From Oceanispirochaeta sp. (GTDB lineage Bacteria > Spirochaetota > Spirochaetia > DSM-2461), in the NCBI GenBank assembly GCA_963663385.2, contig CAXXXD010000003.1, positions 448,001 to 512,000 on the forward strand: a stretch of 64,000 nt of DNA, given 5' to 3'. The notes beneath the pieces are model-generated. The model saw nothing but the letters and a program-made list of their open reading frames with translations. It had not been told where the DNA came from and made no database searches. The position numbers and the translations under genes were made by a program. Shown in pieces: positions 1-8,800 of this stretch. The stretch's first letter is position 1, and every line of letters starts with the position of its first letter.

Positions 1-1
1 A

Positions 2-238
2 AGTGTATACTCAGAAGTCCAGAGGAAAAACTCATCCTTCCTGGATGCGGTAAGAGACGGAGTTTTCACTGTTCCCGGCGACGGGGATGTGGATTTCCCT
101 TCCATCTTTAAAATCCTAGAAGAAAATAACTACAAGGGATGGATGGTTGTAGAAGCGGAACAGGATCCGGCCAAGGCCAATCCTTTTGCCTATGCCAAGA
201 TGGCACGCGAGTATATCCGGAAACATACGGATATTTAA
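2..238 (+). CDS. iolE: myo-inosose-2 dehydratase, C-terminal part (runs off window start)
   Basis: Manual translation: ...[21 protein letters not shown]...[18 protein letters not shown]...*, typical IolE C-terminus; lies directly upstream of iolG. Confidence 0.9.
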   Translation, partial: SVYSEVQRKNSSFLDAVRDGVFTVPGDGDVDFPSIFKILEENNYKGWMVVEAEQDPAKANPFAYAKMAREYIRKHTDI

Positions 239-244
239 TATAAG

Positions 245-312
245 TATCCCTCTCCTTTATACTTTTCCATCGATCCCCGAGCGGAGTCGAGGGGGTTAAG
301 GGGGGAGGGATA
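245..312. repeat. Intergenic stem-loop enclosing a CCCGAGCGGAGTCGAGGG REP-like motif
   Basis: TATCCCTCTCCTTTA pairs imperfectly (G-U) with the downstream TAAG-G-run-AGGGATA arm; inner palindromic core. Confidence 0.5.
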
Positions 313-346
313 GAATAAAATGAATAGAATCCTGGAGAATAATGAT

Positions 347-1360
347 ATGAAAAAACAGTTAGTTATGGGAATTATCGGAGCCGGCCGGATTGGCAAGGTT
401 CATGTAGAGAGTATCTGTACAAAGATTCCGGGAGCCCGGGTAAAGACTCTGGCTGATCCTTTTATGAATGCAGAGACCGAAGAGTGGGCTTCCGGCATGG
501 GTGTGGAAAGAACAACAAAGGATTACAAAGAGATCCTGAATGACAGTGAAATAGAAGCGGTTCTGATTTGTACTCCCACCGATACCCATGCTCATATTAC
601 ACAGGAAGCGGCCAAAGCGGGCAAGCATATTTTCTGTGAAAAACCCATCGACCTGGATGTGGAACGAATCAGGGAAACCCTTAAAATTGTTGAAGAGTCC
701 GGTGTAAAGTTCCAGATCGGTTTCAACAGACGTTTTGATCATAACTTCAGAGCAATCAGAAATGCAGTGGATGCCGGTAAAGTAGGTGATCCTCAGATTA
801 TTAAAGTTGTTTCCAGAGATCCCGGTCCTCCCCCCATTGAATATGTCAAAGTTTCAGGTGGAATCTTTGTGGATATGACCATTCATGACTTCGATATGGT
901 TCGTTACCTCAGCGGCAGCGAAGTGGAAGAAGTATATGTACAGGGAGCCGTTCTGGTTGATCCCGCCATTGGTGAAGCCGGAGATATCGATACTGCCCTG
1001 ATCAGCTTGAAATTTGCCAACGGTGCAATCGGTATGATTGATAACTCCAGAAAAGCTGCTTACGGATATGACCAGAGAGCTGAAGTTTTTGGAAGTAAAG
1101 GGTCCGTGGCGACAGCTAATGATAATCCGTCCACAGCTATTATCAGCACCGAAGACGGTATAACCACAGAGAAACCTTTCCATTTCTTCCTGGAACGCTA
1201 TATGGATTCCTTTGTACAGGAAATGAGAGAGTTTATTGATGCCATTCAGAATGATGCGAAAACTCCCCTTGGCGGAATTGATGCCATAAGGCCAGTGCAG
1301 ATTGCCATGGCTGCAGGAGAATCTCTGAAAACCGGTAAACCTGTGAAAGTTGAATATTAA
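347..1360 (+). CDS. iolG: Inositol 2-dehydrogenase (Gfo/Idh/MocA family)
   Basis: GAGRIG NAD-binding motif, CEKP, GFNRRFD, DMTIHDFD; GGAG SD before ATG 347 (ORF track start is 320). Confidence 0.92.
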   Translation: MKKQLVMGIIGAGRIGKVHVESICTKIPGARVKTLADPFMNAETEEWASGMGVERTTKDYKEILNDSEIEAVLICTPTDTHAHITQEAAKAGKHIFCEKPIDLDVERIRETLKIVEESGVKFQIGFNRRFDHNFRAIRNAVDAGKVGDPQIIKVVSRDPGPPPIEYVKVSGGIFVDMTIHDFDMVRYLSGSEVEEVYVQGAVLVDPAIGEAGDIDTALISLKFANGAIGMIDNSRKAAYGYDQRAEVFGSKGSVATANDNPSTAIISTEDGITTEKPFHFFLERYMDSFVQEMREFIDAIQNDAKTPLGGIDAIRPVQIAMAAGESLKTGKPVKVEY

Positions 1361-1399
1361 TCGACAATTAATAAGTGATAGTTTCTAATTAACTCCTTT

Positions 1400-1434
1400 G
1401 GGGTCCTCCTGGCAACAGGGGGGCCCTTCTTTTT
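1400..1434 (+). terminator. Intrinsic terminator after iolG
   Basis: GGGGTCCTCCTG-GCAA-CAGGGGGGCCC stem followed by TTCTTTTT. Confidence 0.75.
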
Positions 1435-1506
1435 AATAGGAAATAAGTCGGGATTCTTGCAATATAACAGCTTTGTACTATAGAAAACTCAGAGGGACCT
1501 TTCAGA

Positions 1507-1725
1507 GGCGTAGCCGTAAGCGGACTGGAGATGGGTCTGAACAGTATGCGGTTGAAGTGGACCCGGGAAGAGGTTAATGAAAAACTGAAGCGGATTATGA
1601 AAGATATCCATCAAAGCTGCCGGGATGCGGCGGATATGGTCGGAACCCCCGGGAATTTTGTAAACGGGTCCAATATAGCCGGGTTTCCAAAAGTAGCGGA
1701 TTCCATGATTGATCAGGAGTTTGTG
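1507..1725 (+). pseudogene. gdhA: C-terminal remnant of NADP-specific glutamate dehydrogenase
   Basis: GVAVSGLEM..NSMRLKWTREEVNEKLKRIMKDIH..GNFVNGSNIAGFPKVADSMIDQ matches the last ~70 aa of GdhA; no N-terminal part; reading frame runs on past the usual stop. Confidence 0.85.
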
Positions 1726-1753
1726 TCGTTTGGAAGAGTACCGCATAGGGTAT

Positions 1754-2401
1754 TCATAAATACACTTTCCCGAACCGGTCCTTGTAATCGCTTAAAAACT
1801 GATAGTAGAGATTTTTCCAGGTGGAGAGACGGAATGTGCCTTTCCGGGGATTCATAACCGAGCAGATGGAGGCATCGGTTCCTTTAACCTGAAATTCCCA
1901 GGTGCTCATGGTTTCCCCTTCATGGGTGAATTCAGGGCCGTTCCGCCCTCCCATGGTAGGGATCCTGTCAAAAACCTCCTGACTGAAAATAACGATAATA
2001 TCCGGTTCCAGCGAGGCAACCACATGTTTGAAAATCTCCTGGGACTCTTTCCACATCTGTCTGGAGGGAACCGAGTAGGGTTCTTCCAGTATCCCCTGGA
2101 GAAACTGATGATAGGCCGTGCTGTTCCAGAATTTCTTCCGGTCCAGACCGGACTTTCCCAGAAGGGACTGCTTCCAGTGCTGTTTTTCAGAAACGATTGA
2201 TTCCATGGCATTGAAAAGAGGGTCTTCCCTGCCGCTCTTTATTAGGGAAGAAATATACGAGGGAATTGTATGGTTCCCGTAACGGGCATCGAAATAGCTT
2301 CTGCCTACAAGGAGGGTTTTTCTGCTGTTGTTGTTTCCGTAATCCCTGCCGATCCAGGGGGGATAATTGACAGCCTCTCTAAAAGAGTATTTTCCCATCA
2401 C
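1754..2401 (-). CDS. Hypothetical protein, possibly uracil-DNA glycosylase-like fold
   Basis: PWIGRDY..LLVGRSYF..FWNSTAYHQFLQ..LEPDIIVIF pattern; AGGAG SD. Confidence 0.6.
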   Translation of the reverse strand: MMGKYSFREAVNYPPWIGRDYGNNNSRKTLLVGRSYFDARYGNHTIPSYISSLIKSGREDPLFNAMESIVSEKQHWKQSLLGKSGLDRKKFWNSTAYHQFLQGILEEPYSVPSRQMWKESQEIFKHVVASLEPDIIVIFSQEVFDRIPTMGGRNGPEFTHEGETMSTWEFQVKGTDASICSVMNPRKGTFRLSTWKNLYYQFLSDYKDRFGKVYL

Positions 2402-2459
2402 ATATATCTCCTATGCCGTAAATTCTAATCCGGCATAGGGATATGTCAATTCATTTTTT

Positions 2460-2864
2460 CTATTTCCTTTCTCCCACGCTCCACAGGGACAGCAAAATCA
2501 CAAGCTGGGGAGACAGGGCCGCCAGCCAGCGCAGAAGATCGGGTTTCAGCAGATTGGACATAAAAAAGTTCATCACAATGCTGATCAGCCAGAAAACACA
2601 GATAATGATATGGAGGATTCTGAAAAGGTTGCCGGGAATGGGAGCGAATAGTTCCGCCGCCAGGAAAAAACCGGCTAAAAGCTGGACAATCCCGAAAACA
2701 ATGGGGAATACATTACCGGATTTGCCGAACATTTTATTCACCCCCCGCAGGAGTTCCGCTCCGGTTGAATTGTATCCGTTTACAGCCAGCAGGCCGAAGG
2801 TGATAAGAACCAGAGCCAGAGCGATCTGGAGAAAAAAACTGGTATTGATGGATCTGTTTGCCAT
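2460..2864 (-). CDS. Small integral membrane protein (~4 TM)
   Basis: ATG 2864 with AAGGAG SD; four hydrophobic segments. Confidence 0.7.
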   Translation of the reverse strand: MANRSINTSFFLQIALALVLITFGLLAVNGYNSTGAELLRGVNKMFGKSGNVFPIVFGIVQLLAGFFLAAELFAPIPGNLFRILHIIICVFWLISIVMNFFMSNLLKPDLLRWLAALSPQLVILLSLWSVGERK

Positions 2865-2976
2865 TGAAGACTCCTTCTTGTTTATAATAATACTATAAGG
2901 CAGTTTCCTTTTAATCTCAAAACTTTCATAGACGATTATCATTCCTGTTACTATATTATTCACTGGAGGCTTTATA

Positions 2977-3588
2977 ATGAATAAAGGTAAAAGAACGGGA
3001 CTGATTGTCCTGATAGTTATCGTACTGCTGGGAATGATGGGGTTTTCCTCTTTTTCCCGGACATATAATTCCATGGTAGGGATGGATGAATCGGTAAAGG
3101 CATCCTGGAGTCAGGTTGAGAATGTCTATCAGAGAAGAATGGACCTTATCCCCAACCTGGTTGAAACGGTGAAAGGTTATGCTTCCCATGAACAGGAAAC
3201 TTTTACACAGATTGCCGATGCCCGGTCCAAAGCCGGAGGTACCATGCAGATATCGGATGAGGTCCTGAACAATCCGGAAAGCTTTAAACGATTTCAGCAG
3301 GCCCAGAGTGAGCTGGGCAGCGCCCTGCAGAGGCTGCTGGTGGTTACGGAAAACTATCCCCAGCTGAAGGCTGATCAGAACTTCCTGGCTCTGCAGGACC
3401 AGCTGGAAGGTACGGAAAACCGGATTGCTGTTGAACGGAAACGTTTTAATGAATCGGTCAAAACCTATAATACCTATATAAAGCAGTTCCCGCGGGTTAT
3501 TATGGCCAATATGACAGGATTCCGGGAGAAGAGTTACTTTCAGGCTGCCGAGGGAGCTGAACAGGCTCCTGCTGTTTCCTTTGACTGA
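2977..3588 (+). CDS. lemA: LemA family protein
   Basis: N-terminal TM, YN..., QRRMDLIPNLVETVKGYA, ENYPQLKA, LEGTENRIAVER. Confidence 0.95.
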   Translation: MNKGKRTGLIVLIVIVLLGMMGFSSFSRTYNSMVGMDESVKASWSQVENVYQRRMDLIPNLVETVKGYASHEQETFTQIADARSKAGGTMQISDEVLNNPESFKRFQQAQSELGSALQRLLVVTENYPQLKADQNFLALQDQLEGTENRIAVERKRFNESVKTYNTYIKQFPRVIMANMTGFREKSYFQAAEGAEQAPAVSFD

Positions 3589-3618
3589 CCCCTTTAAGCA
3601 AAACAGAAAGGAGAAGAT

Positions 3619-4308
3619 ATGTCTCAACTTGTAAGATCGAAATACCCTTTAAGCGATGATGATAAGAACCGTATAGCAAAAGCCGTGGAACTGGCTGAAA
3701 AAAAAACTTCAGGAGAGATAGCTACCGCTCTTATTAAAGAGAGTTCGGATTATGCGGTTTATGAGCTGTCTTTTTCGCTGATGGCGGGTTTTATTTATTT
3801 CTCAATTCTGCTGATTTTCTATCCTGCCGTTTCTTCCTGGGTGGAAAATCTCTTCTGGAGCTCTCAGAGCTGGTATGTTACGGCTCTCTACGGTTTGACA
3901 ACAATTCTGCTTATCGGTCTGACCTACTTTTTCAGCAATCTGCCCTTTGTGGACCGTTTGATTGTTCCCCGCAGGATCATGGAAGAGAAAGTTCGCAGCA
4001 GGGCCATGCAGCACTTTGCAGAATCCGGTGTGTATTCTACCAGAGACCATACGGGTATCCTAATTTTTATCTCCCTCCTGGAACGGCGGGTAGAGGTCCT
4101 GGCAGATAAAGGCATTAGCGAAAAAATCCCGCAGGACCAGTGGGACAGTCTGGTGGCTGACCTGTCCGCCGCAATAAAAGCCGGCGCCATGGCAGACGGG
4201 CTGTGTCAGGCCGTTGAGAGCTGCGGAAAGAAACTCTCCGGGCACTTTCCCATCAAAGCGGATGATACCAACGAGCTTTCAAACAGTGTGGACATACTGG
4301 AGTCATGA
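3619..4308 (+). CDS. TPM-domain membrane protein
   Basis: AEKKTSGEI, TRDHTGILIFISLLERRVEVLADKGI, NELSN; lemA context. Confidence 0.85.
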   Translation: MSQLVRSKYPLSDDDKNRIAKAVELAEKKTSGEIATALIKESSDYAVYELSFSLMAGFIYFSILLIFYPAVSSWVENLFWSSQSWYVTALYGLTTILLIGLTYFFSNLPFVDRLIVPRRIMEEKVRSRAMQHFAESGVYSTRDHTGILIFISLLERRVEVLADKGISEKIPQDQWDSLVADLSAAIKAGAMADGLCQAVESCGKKLSGHFPIKADDTNELSNSVDILES

Positions 4309-5087
4309 TGATGAAAAAAAACAAACTGCTGATAATTCTTCTTGTAATGTCTTTTCTGACAGTCTCATTGAATGCCCTGTCTGTTCCTTCCCTGACAGGG
4401 CGGGTTGTGGATAACGCCGGGGTTCTGAGTACTTCCGCAGAGAAGGAACTCAACCGTTACCTGGAATCCCTTGAACAGTCTACGGGATCGCAGCTTGCTG
4501 TACTTACCATTCCCTCCCTGAAGGGCGACTCTCTGGAGGATTATTCCATCCGGGTAACGGATGAGTGGAAACTCGGGCAGTCCGGCAAAGACAATGGCGT
4601 TCTGCTGCTTGTCGCTCTGGAAGAGAGAAAAATCCGGATAGAGGTCGGATACGGTCTGGAAGGGCAGCTGACGGATGCCAAAAGCGGCTATATCATCCGG
4701 AACCTGATAGCGCCCTATTTTAAGGAAGGAGACTATGCCTCGGGTATTATGGTCGGTATCCAGTCCATCGGAGGTGTTATAAGCGGCGGCGAAGATATTA
4801 CTCCTTCCCGGATACAGGAAAGCCGGACGGAGCATTCATCCCGGTCGCTTCCCCTGAACTTTATAATCATTCTGTTTGTCATTTTTCTGAACTCCTTCGG
4901 CAGGATTGGGAGACGGGGCGGATTGCTCCGTATGCTGTTCTGGGGCAGCCTTTTCAGTAACGCCTCCCGTTCCAGAGGGGGATTCGGCGGCGGCTGGTCT
5001 TCCGGCGGAGGCGGCTTCGGCGGCGGAGGAGGGTTTTCCGGCGGGGGAGGCGGCTTTGGCGGAGGCGGCGCCTCCGGAGGATGGTAA
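4305..5087 (+). CDS. TPM-domain (YgcG-like) protein with Gly-rich tail
   Basis: Signal peptide, GRVVDNAGVL, DNGVLLLV, RIEVGYGLEG, C-terminal GGGGFSGGGGGFGGGGASGGW. Confidence 0.92.
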   Translation: MMMKKNKLLIILLVMSFLTVSLNALSVPSLTGRVVDNAGVLSTSAEKELNRYLESLEQSTGSQLAVLTIPSLKGDSLEDYSIRVTDEWKLGQSGKDNGVLLLVALEERKIRIEVGYGLEGQLTDAKSGYIIRNLIAPYFKEGDYASGIMVGIQSIGGVISGGEDITPSRIQESRTEHSSRSLPLNFIIILFVIFLNSFGRIGRRGGLLRMLFWGSLFSNASRSRGGFGGGWSSGGGGFGGGGGFSGGGGGFGGGGASGGW

Positions 5088-5106
5088 CCCGGTAACCGGA
5101 CCTGTT

Positions 5107-5544
5107 CTACCAGCCGTATTCGCTGTAGAAAATGCCCTGTCCTATGCAGTCCAGGGCATCCTTTATGTAGGGAATGATTTTTTCCGGCAGATCATTCAGG
5201 AAAAACCAGGACAGGTCGCTGCATTTTCCGGGTTCCCTGTTCCGGATATTCCCTTCCCATTTACGGGCTGTGAAAAAAACATCTGTCCGGACCGAATCAT
5301 CCGAATTCCTGTGCATTATATGGGAGGCTGTGAGATCCTCAGGTTTTAACAGAATTCCCGCCTCTTCTTCAGCCTCTCTGATTATCGCCTGGGTATAGGA
5401 CTCTCCCTTATCCACATGACCCGCAATATAACTGTACCAGCCGTCCATAAAACCTGTGTTCTGTCTCTGCAGGAGCAGCACCTTCCCCTCATTGATAAGA
5501 ACAAGATAACTGGCGGGTATATTGGTATTTCTCTCTTTTTTCAC
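5107..5544 (-). CDS. NUDIX hydrolase
   Basis: Nudix box GHVDKGESYTQAIIREAEEEAG. Confidence 0.9.
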   Translation of the reverse strand: MKKERNTNIPASYLVLINEGKVLLLQRQNTGFMDGWYSYIAGHVDKGESYTQAIIREAEEEAGILLKPEDLTASHIMHRNSDDSVRTDVFFTARKWEGNIRNREPGKCSDLSWFFLNDLPEKIIPYIKDALDCIGQGIFYSEYGW

Positions 5545-5558
5545 TCTGACACTCCTTT

Positions 5559-6119
5559 TTACAGAAACAGAATTCCCAGTGCAGCTCCCCCTGCAATATA
5601 GAGGGCCGGGTGCTTTTTGAAGACCAGATAGGTCGTCAGGATAAAAGCGAATATCCCCAGCCTGGCGGGATCAATCAGGTCGCTGATAATGCCGCTGCTC
5701 CGGTAGACAGGCCAGGGGATAACCGCCACAGTCAGAACATTGAAGGCTGCTGTCGCAATTAGACCCGTTACAGCGGGCCGCAGCCCCTGAAAGGCTGAGC
5801 GGACAAGGGGGGCTTCATTAAAATGAAAAAAGAATTTAGCCACAAGTACAATGATTATTATTGAGGGGGCAACCAGCCCTGCAGTGGCAACAACAGCCCC
5901 CGGGATGCCTGCCGATTCAAATCCCACATAGGTTGCCATATTGATTCCTATGGGACCGGGGGTGGACTGGGATACCGCTACCATATGAAAGAATTGCTCC
6001 AGGCTGAACCACCCGTTTGACAGAGCTGCATCCTGCAGGAGCGGTAGGGTCGCCAGACCGCCGCCTATGGTGAACAGTCCAATTTTGAAGAACTCCGCAA
6101 AGAGGGTAATCAGACTCAT
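5559..6119 (-). CDS. chrA: Chromate transporter (short-chain CHR), second subunit
   Basis: FFKIGLFTIGGG, SQSTPGP. Confidence 0.9.
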   Translation of the reverse strand: MSLITLFAEFFKIGLFTIGGGLATLPLLQDAALSNGWFSLEQFFHMVAVSQSTPGPIGINMATYVGFESAGIPGAVVATAGLVAPSIIIIVLVAKFFFHFNEAPLVRSAFQGLRPAVTGLIATAAFNVLTVAVIPWPVYRSSGIISDLIDPARLGIFAFILTTYLVFKKHPALYIAGGAALGILFL

Positions 6120-6676
6120 GCCTTTATCCCCTTACGGATGAGGTGGACAACTATCCCCGCCGAGATGGACAGTACCACAATCGGGATGGGAGACCACCCG
6201 CACAGAACTACCAGGGAGAAAGCCAGGAGGCAGATCACAAGCCCGGCTTTACCGGTCACGGATTTTATCCCGAATTTATAGACCGAGTGAATCAGAAGAA
6301 CGGCAACTGTGATATTGACGCCCCTCAGGGCTTTCTGAACATAGCTGTTATCACTGAAGGTTTTCAGAAACGCAGCTATAAAAGTTATAATGATCAGGGA
6401 AGGGGCGACCATGCCGGCTGTGGCCGCCAGGGCTCCGGGAATCCCGGCTGTCCGGTAACCCACAAATGTGGCCGTATTTACGGCAATAATACCGGGTGTT
6501 GACTGGCCGATGGCATAAAAATCCAGCAGTTCCTCTTCCGTAACCCACCTGCGGGTCTCTGCCAGTTCCCTCTGCATAATGGGGAGGATGGCATAGCCTC
6601 CTCCGAATGTAATGGCTCCCATCTTGAAAAAAATGGAAAAAAGCTCTCTTAAACGGGGTTTATCCTGTTTTTTCAT
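6116..6676 (-). CDS. chrA: Chromate transporter (short-chain CHR), first subunit
   Basis: FFKMGAITFGGG, GQSTPG; probable start ATG 6676. Confidence 0.9.
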   Translation of the reverse strand: MKKQDKPRLRELFSIFFKMGAITFGGGYAILPIMQRELAETRRWVTEEELLDFYAIGQSTPGIIAVNTATFVGYRTAGIPGALAATAGMVAPSLIIITFIAAFLKTFSDNSYVQKALRGVNITVAVLLIHSVYKFGIKSVTGKAGLVICLLAFSLVVLCGWSPIPIVVLSISAGIVVHLIRKGIKA

Positions 6677-6751
6677 AATTTTCCTAAAATAGATTAGTTC
6701 TTTTTTACTAGGATAACCCAAGGGTGATTTTCTGTAAATGGATGGAATCCC

Positions 6752-7369
6752 TTAAGTCGTACCGGCCAGCTTCAAAAGCCTGAAGGCAATAATCCACATA
6801 ATCATTCCAATCAGAGTATCCAGTACCTGCCAGGTCCGGGGGGTCCTGAAGAATGGAGCCAGTTTGCCCGCTCCAAGGCTGAGCCCGAAAAACCAGAGAA
6901 ATGACATGGTCAGGGCACCGGCGCCAAAGTAGTAGCGGCCCATCCCGGGGAAAGTCCCGCTCATACTGCCCAGCAGTACAACCGTATCCAGGTAAACGTG
7001 AGGATTCAGCAGGGTAACGGCCAGGGTCATCAAAACAACCTGCTGCCGGCTCTGTTCCCCGGATTCCTTCTTGTTCAGTCCGCCTGTATTTTTCCAGGCG
7101 GAAATAAAATTCCGGGTTCCACAGAAAAAAAGGAAGGCGGCGCCTCCCCAGGAAGCGGCCTTTATCAGTAGGGGAGACCGCTCAATTAAGGCCCCCATTC
7201 CGGCGACTCCTGCAATTATAAGCAGGGTATCGCATAAGGCACAGATAAGAGGAACCGTAAAAATATATCTCTTCCGTATCCCCTGGCTGAGAACGAAAGC
7301 GTTCTGGGCTCCTATGGCTATAATCAGTCCGGCACCTGTCCCCAGTCCGGTTATATAGGTTGTAAACAT
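6752..7369 (-). CDS. argO: LysE/ArgO amino acid exporter
   Basis: LIIAIGAQNAFVL, TLLNPHVYLDT; divergent from argP. Confidence 0.92.
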   Translation of the reverse strand: MFTTYITGLGTGAGLIIAIGAQNAFVLSQGIRKRYIFTVPLICALCDTLLIIAGVAGMGALIERSPLLIKAASWGGAAFLFFCGTRNFISAWKNTGGLNKKESGEQSRQQVVLMTLAVTLLNPHVYLDTVVLLGSMSGTFPGMGRYYFGAGALTMSFLWFFGLSLGAGKLAPFFRTPRTWQVLDTLIGMIMWIIAFRLLKLAGTT

Positions 7370-7447
7370 GCCTGTATGATAGGATATATGTTGTAATTAG
7401 TATAATTAATTATTATAAATAATCATAAGTAATGCTAATATTAAATT

Positions 7448-8341
7448 ATGCTGGATTATAAACAATTGGAAGCCCTTGCGGCTGTTGTGGAGGAAGGGGG
7501 GTTTGAACGGGCCGGTCAGAAGCTGCACATATCCCAGTCTGCGGTAACCCAGAGGATCAGGCAGCTTGAAGAACTGACGGGACAGATCCTTCTTGTGAGG
7601 AGTCAGCCGCCGGATGTAACCGGTCCGGGCAGTGTTCTTCTGGAGCACTTCCGGAAGGTAAAGCTTCTGGAGCAGGAGCTGGCCGAAAAGAATGAGCAGA
7701 ACTGTGAAAACCCTGTAATTCCTCTTGCCATAAATGCGGACAGCCTGGTTACCTGGTTTGCAGATGTAATGGCTTTGTATTTGAAGGAGGGCACCGGACT
7801 GCTGGACATTGTCAGCGCCGATCAGGATGTCACTCATAAACTGCTGGCAGAGGGTAAGGTTATGGGTTGTGTCAGTGCGTCAGCTTCGCCGGTGAGAGCC
7901 TGTCAAACAGTATTCCTGGGGGAGATGGTTTACCGTTTTGTCTGTACGGAAGAGTATAAACGCAGATTCTTTCCGGAAGGGGTAGATCTGGAGAGTCTCA
8001 ACCGGGCGCCGAAACTGAATTTCAACCGGGATGATCAGTTGATTAACAATTGGGCGGAAAATCTGTTTCCCGGAGCAAAGGGATTTGCAAACAGCCATTT
8101 TGCTCCATCTTCCAAACTGTTTCTTCCCCTGATCGGCAGGGGAGATGTGTGCGGGATGGTTCCGGATGAGCAGTTTTCGAGTTATCGAGGCGGGAAGAGA
8201 CTGGTTGATCTGTCACTGGGGCAGCCGGTAATGGTTCCCCTCTATTGGCACCGGTGGTCCATTGAGTCGGTGGAACTGGATTATTTAAGCCGCCTTATTA
8301 TCCGCACAGCCGGAGAGGAACTTCAGAATACAAAGAGTTGA
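7448..8341 (+). CDS. argP: LysR-family regulator, ArgP/LysG type
   Basis: LDYKQLEAL..GGFERAGQKLHISQSAVTQRIRQLE, NADSL, PLYWHRW. Confidence 0.9.
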   Translation: MLDYKQLEALAAVVEEGGFERAGQKLHISQSAVTQRIRQLEELTGQILLVRSQPPDVTGPGSVLLEHFRKVKLLEQELAEKNEQNCENPVIPLAINADSLVTWFADVMALYLKEGTGLLDIVSADQDVTHKLLAEGKVMGCVSASASPVRACQTVFLGEMVYRFVCTEEYKRRFFPEGVDLESLNRAPKLNFNRDDQLINNWAENLFPGAKGFANSHFAPSSKLFLPLIGRGDVCGMVPDEQFSSYRGGKRLVDLSLGQPVMVPLYWHRWSIESVELDYLSRLIIRTAGEELQNTKS

Positions 8342-8369
8342 ACTGATATTCGTTATAGGAGTCATATCT

Positions 8370-8740
8370 GTGAATATCCGTTTCTGGCACTATGGATTGC
8401 TGTTCGGGGTGCTGATTTCCGCTCTGGCGGGTATTTTTTTCATTTCAGCTCGTGCAGTGCTCTGAAAATCAAAAATGTACAACTCGATCTCTCCAGTCTG
8501 ACTCCCCGGGAGATCGCAGAACCCCACGCCCTTCAGGGGGAATGGGAGTTCTATCCTGATCTGTTTCTTCTGCCGGGAGAGTCTGTATCGCAGGAAACTG
8601 AGAAATACCTGCTGCAGGTTGCCGGGATAGCGGAATGGTCAAAGGGTGAATTCATTGAAAATCTGGTTAAGCGGGCGGACCAGGCTTTGCTGAGATCCAA
8701 AGCCCGGGGAAAGAACTGTTACAGTCTCGGTATTCGTTAG
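8370..8740 (+). pseudogene. Internally deleted, frameshifted sensor diguanylate cyclase remnant
   Basis: AGGAG SD and GTG 8370 begin a hydrophobic leader; a second frame reads LDLS..LQGEWEFYPDLFLLP joined to the GGDEF tail GIAEW..LVKRADQALLRSKARGKNC*. Confidence 0.7.
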
Positions 8741-8800
8741 CCCGGGGCTGAAAATTAATCCTTATTGATGCCATCGGAGGTTAAAGGGTTAACCGCAGAA

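Noticed and set aside
4975..5087. GGC-rich tandem repeat
   Set aside because: It encodes the normal Gly-rich tail of YgcG/TPM proteins
8385..8401. TGGCAC-TATGGA-TTGCT as a sigma54 promoter
   Set aside because: GG-to-GC spacing is one base too long, and it lies within the pseudogene's coding leader
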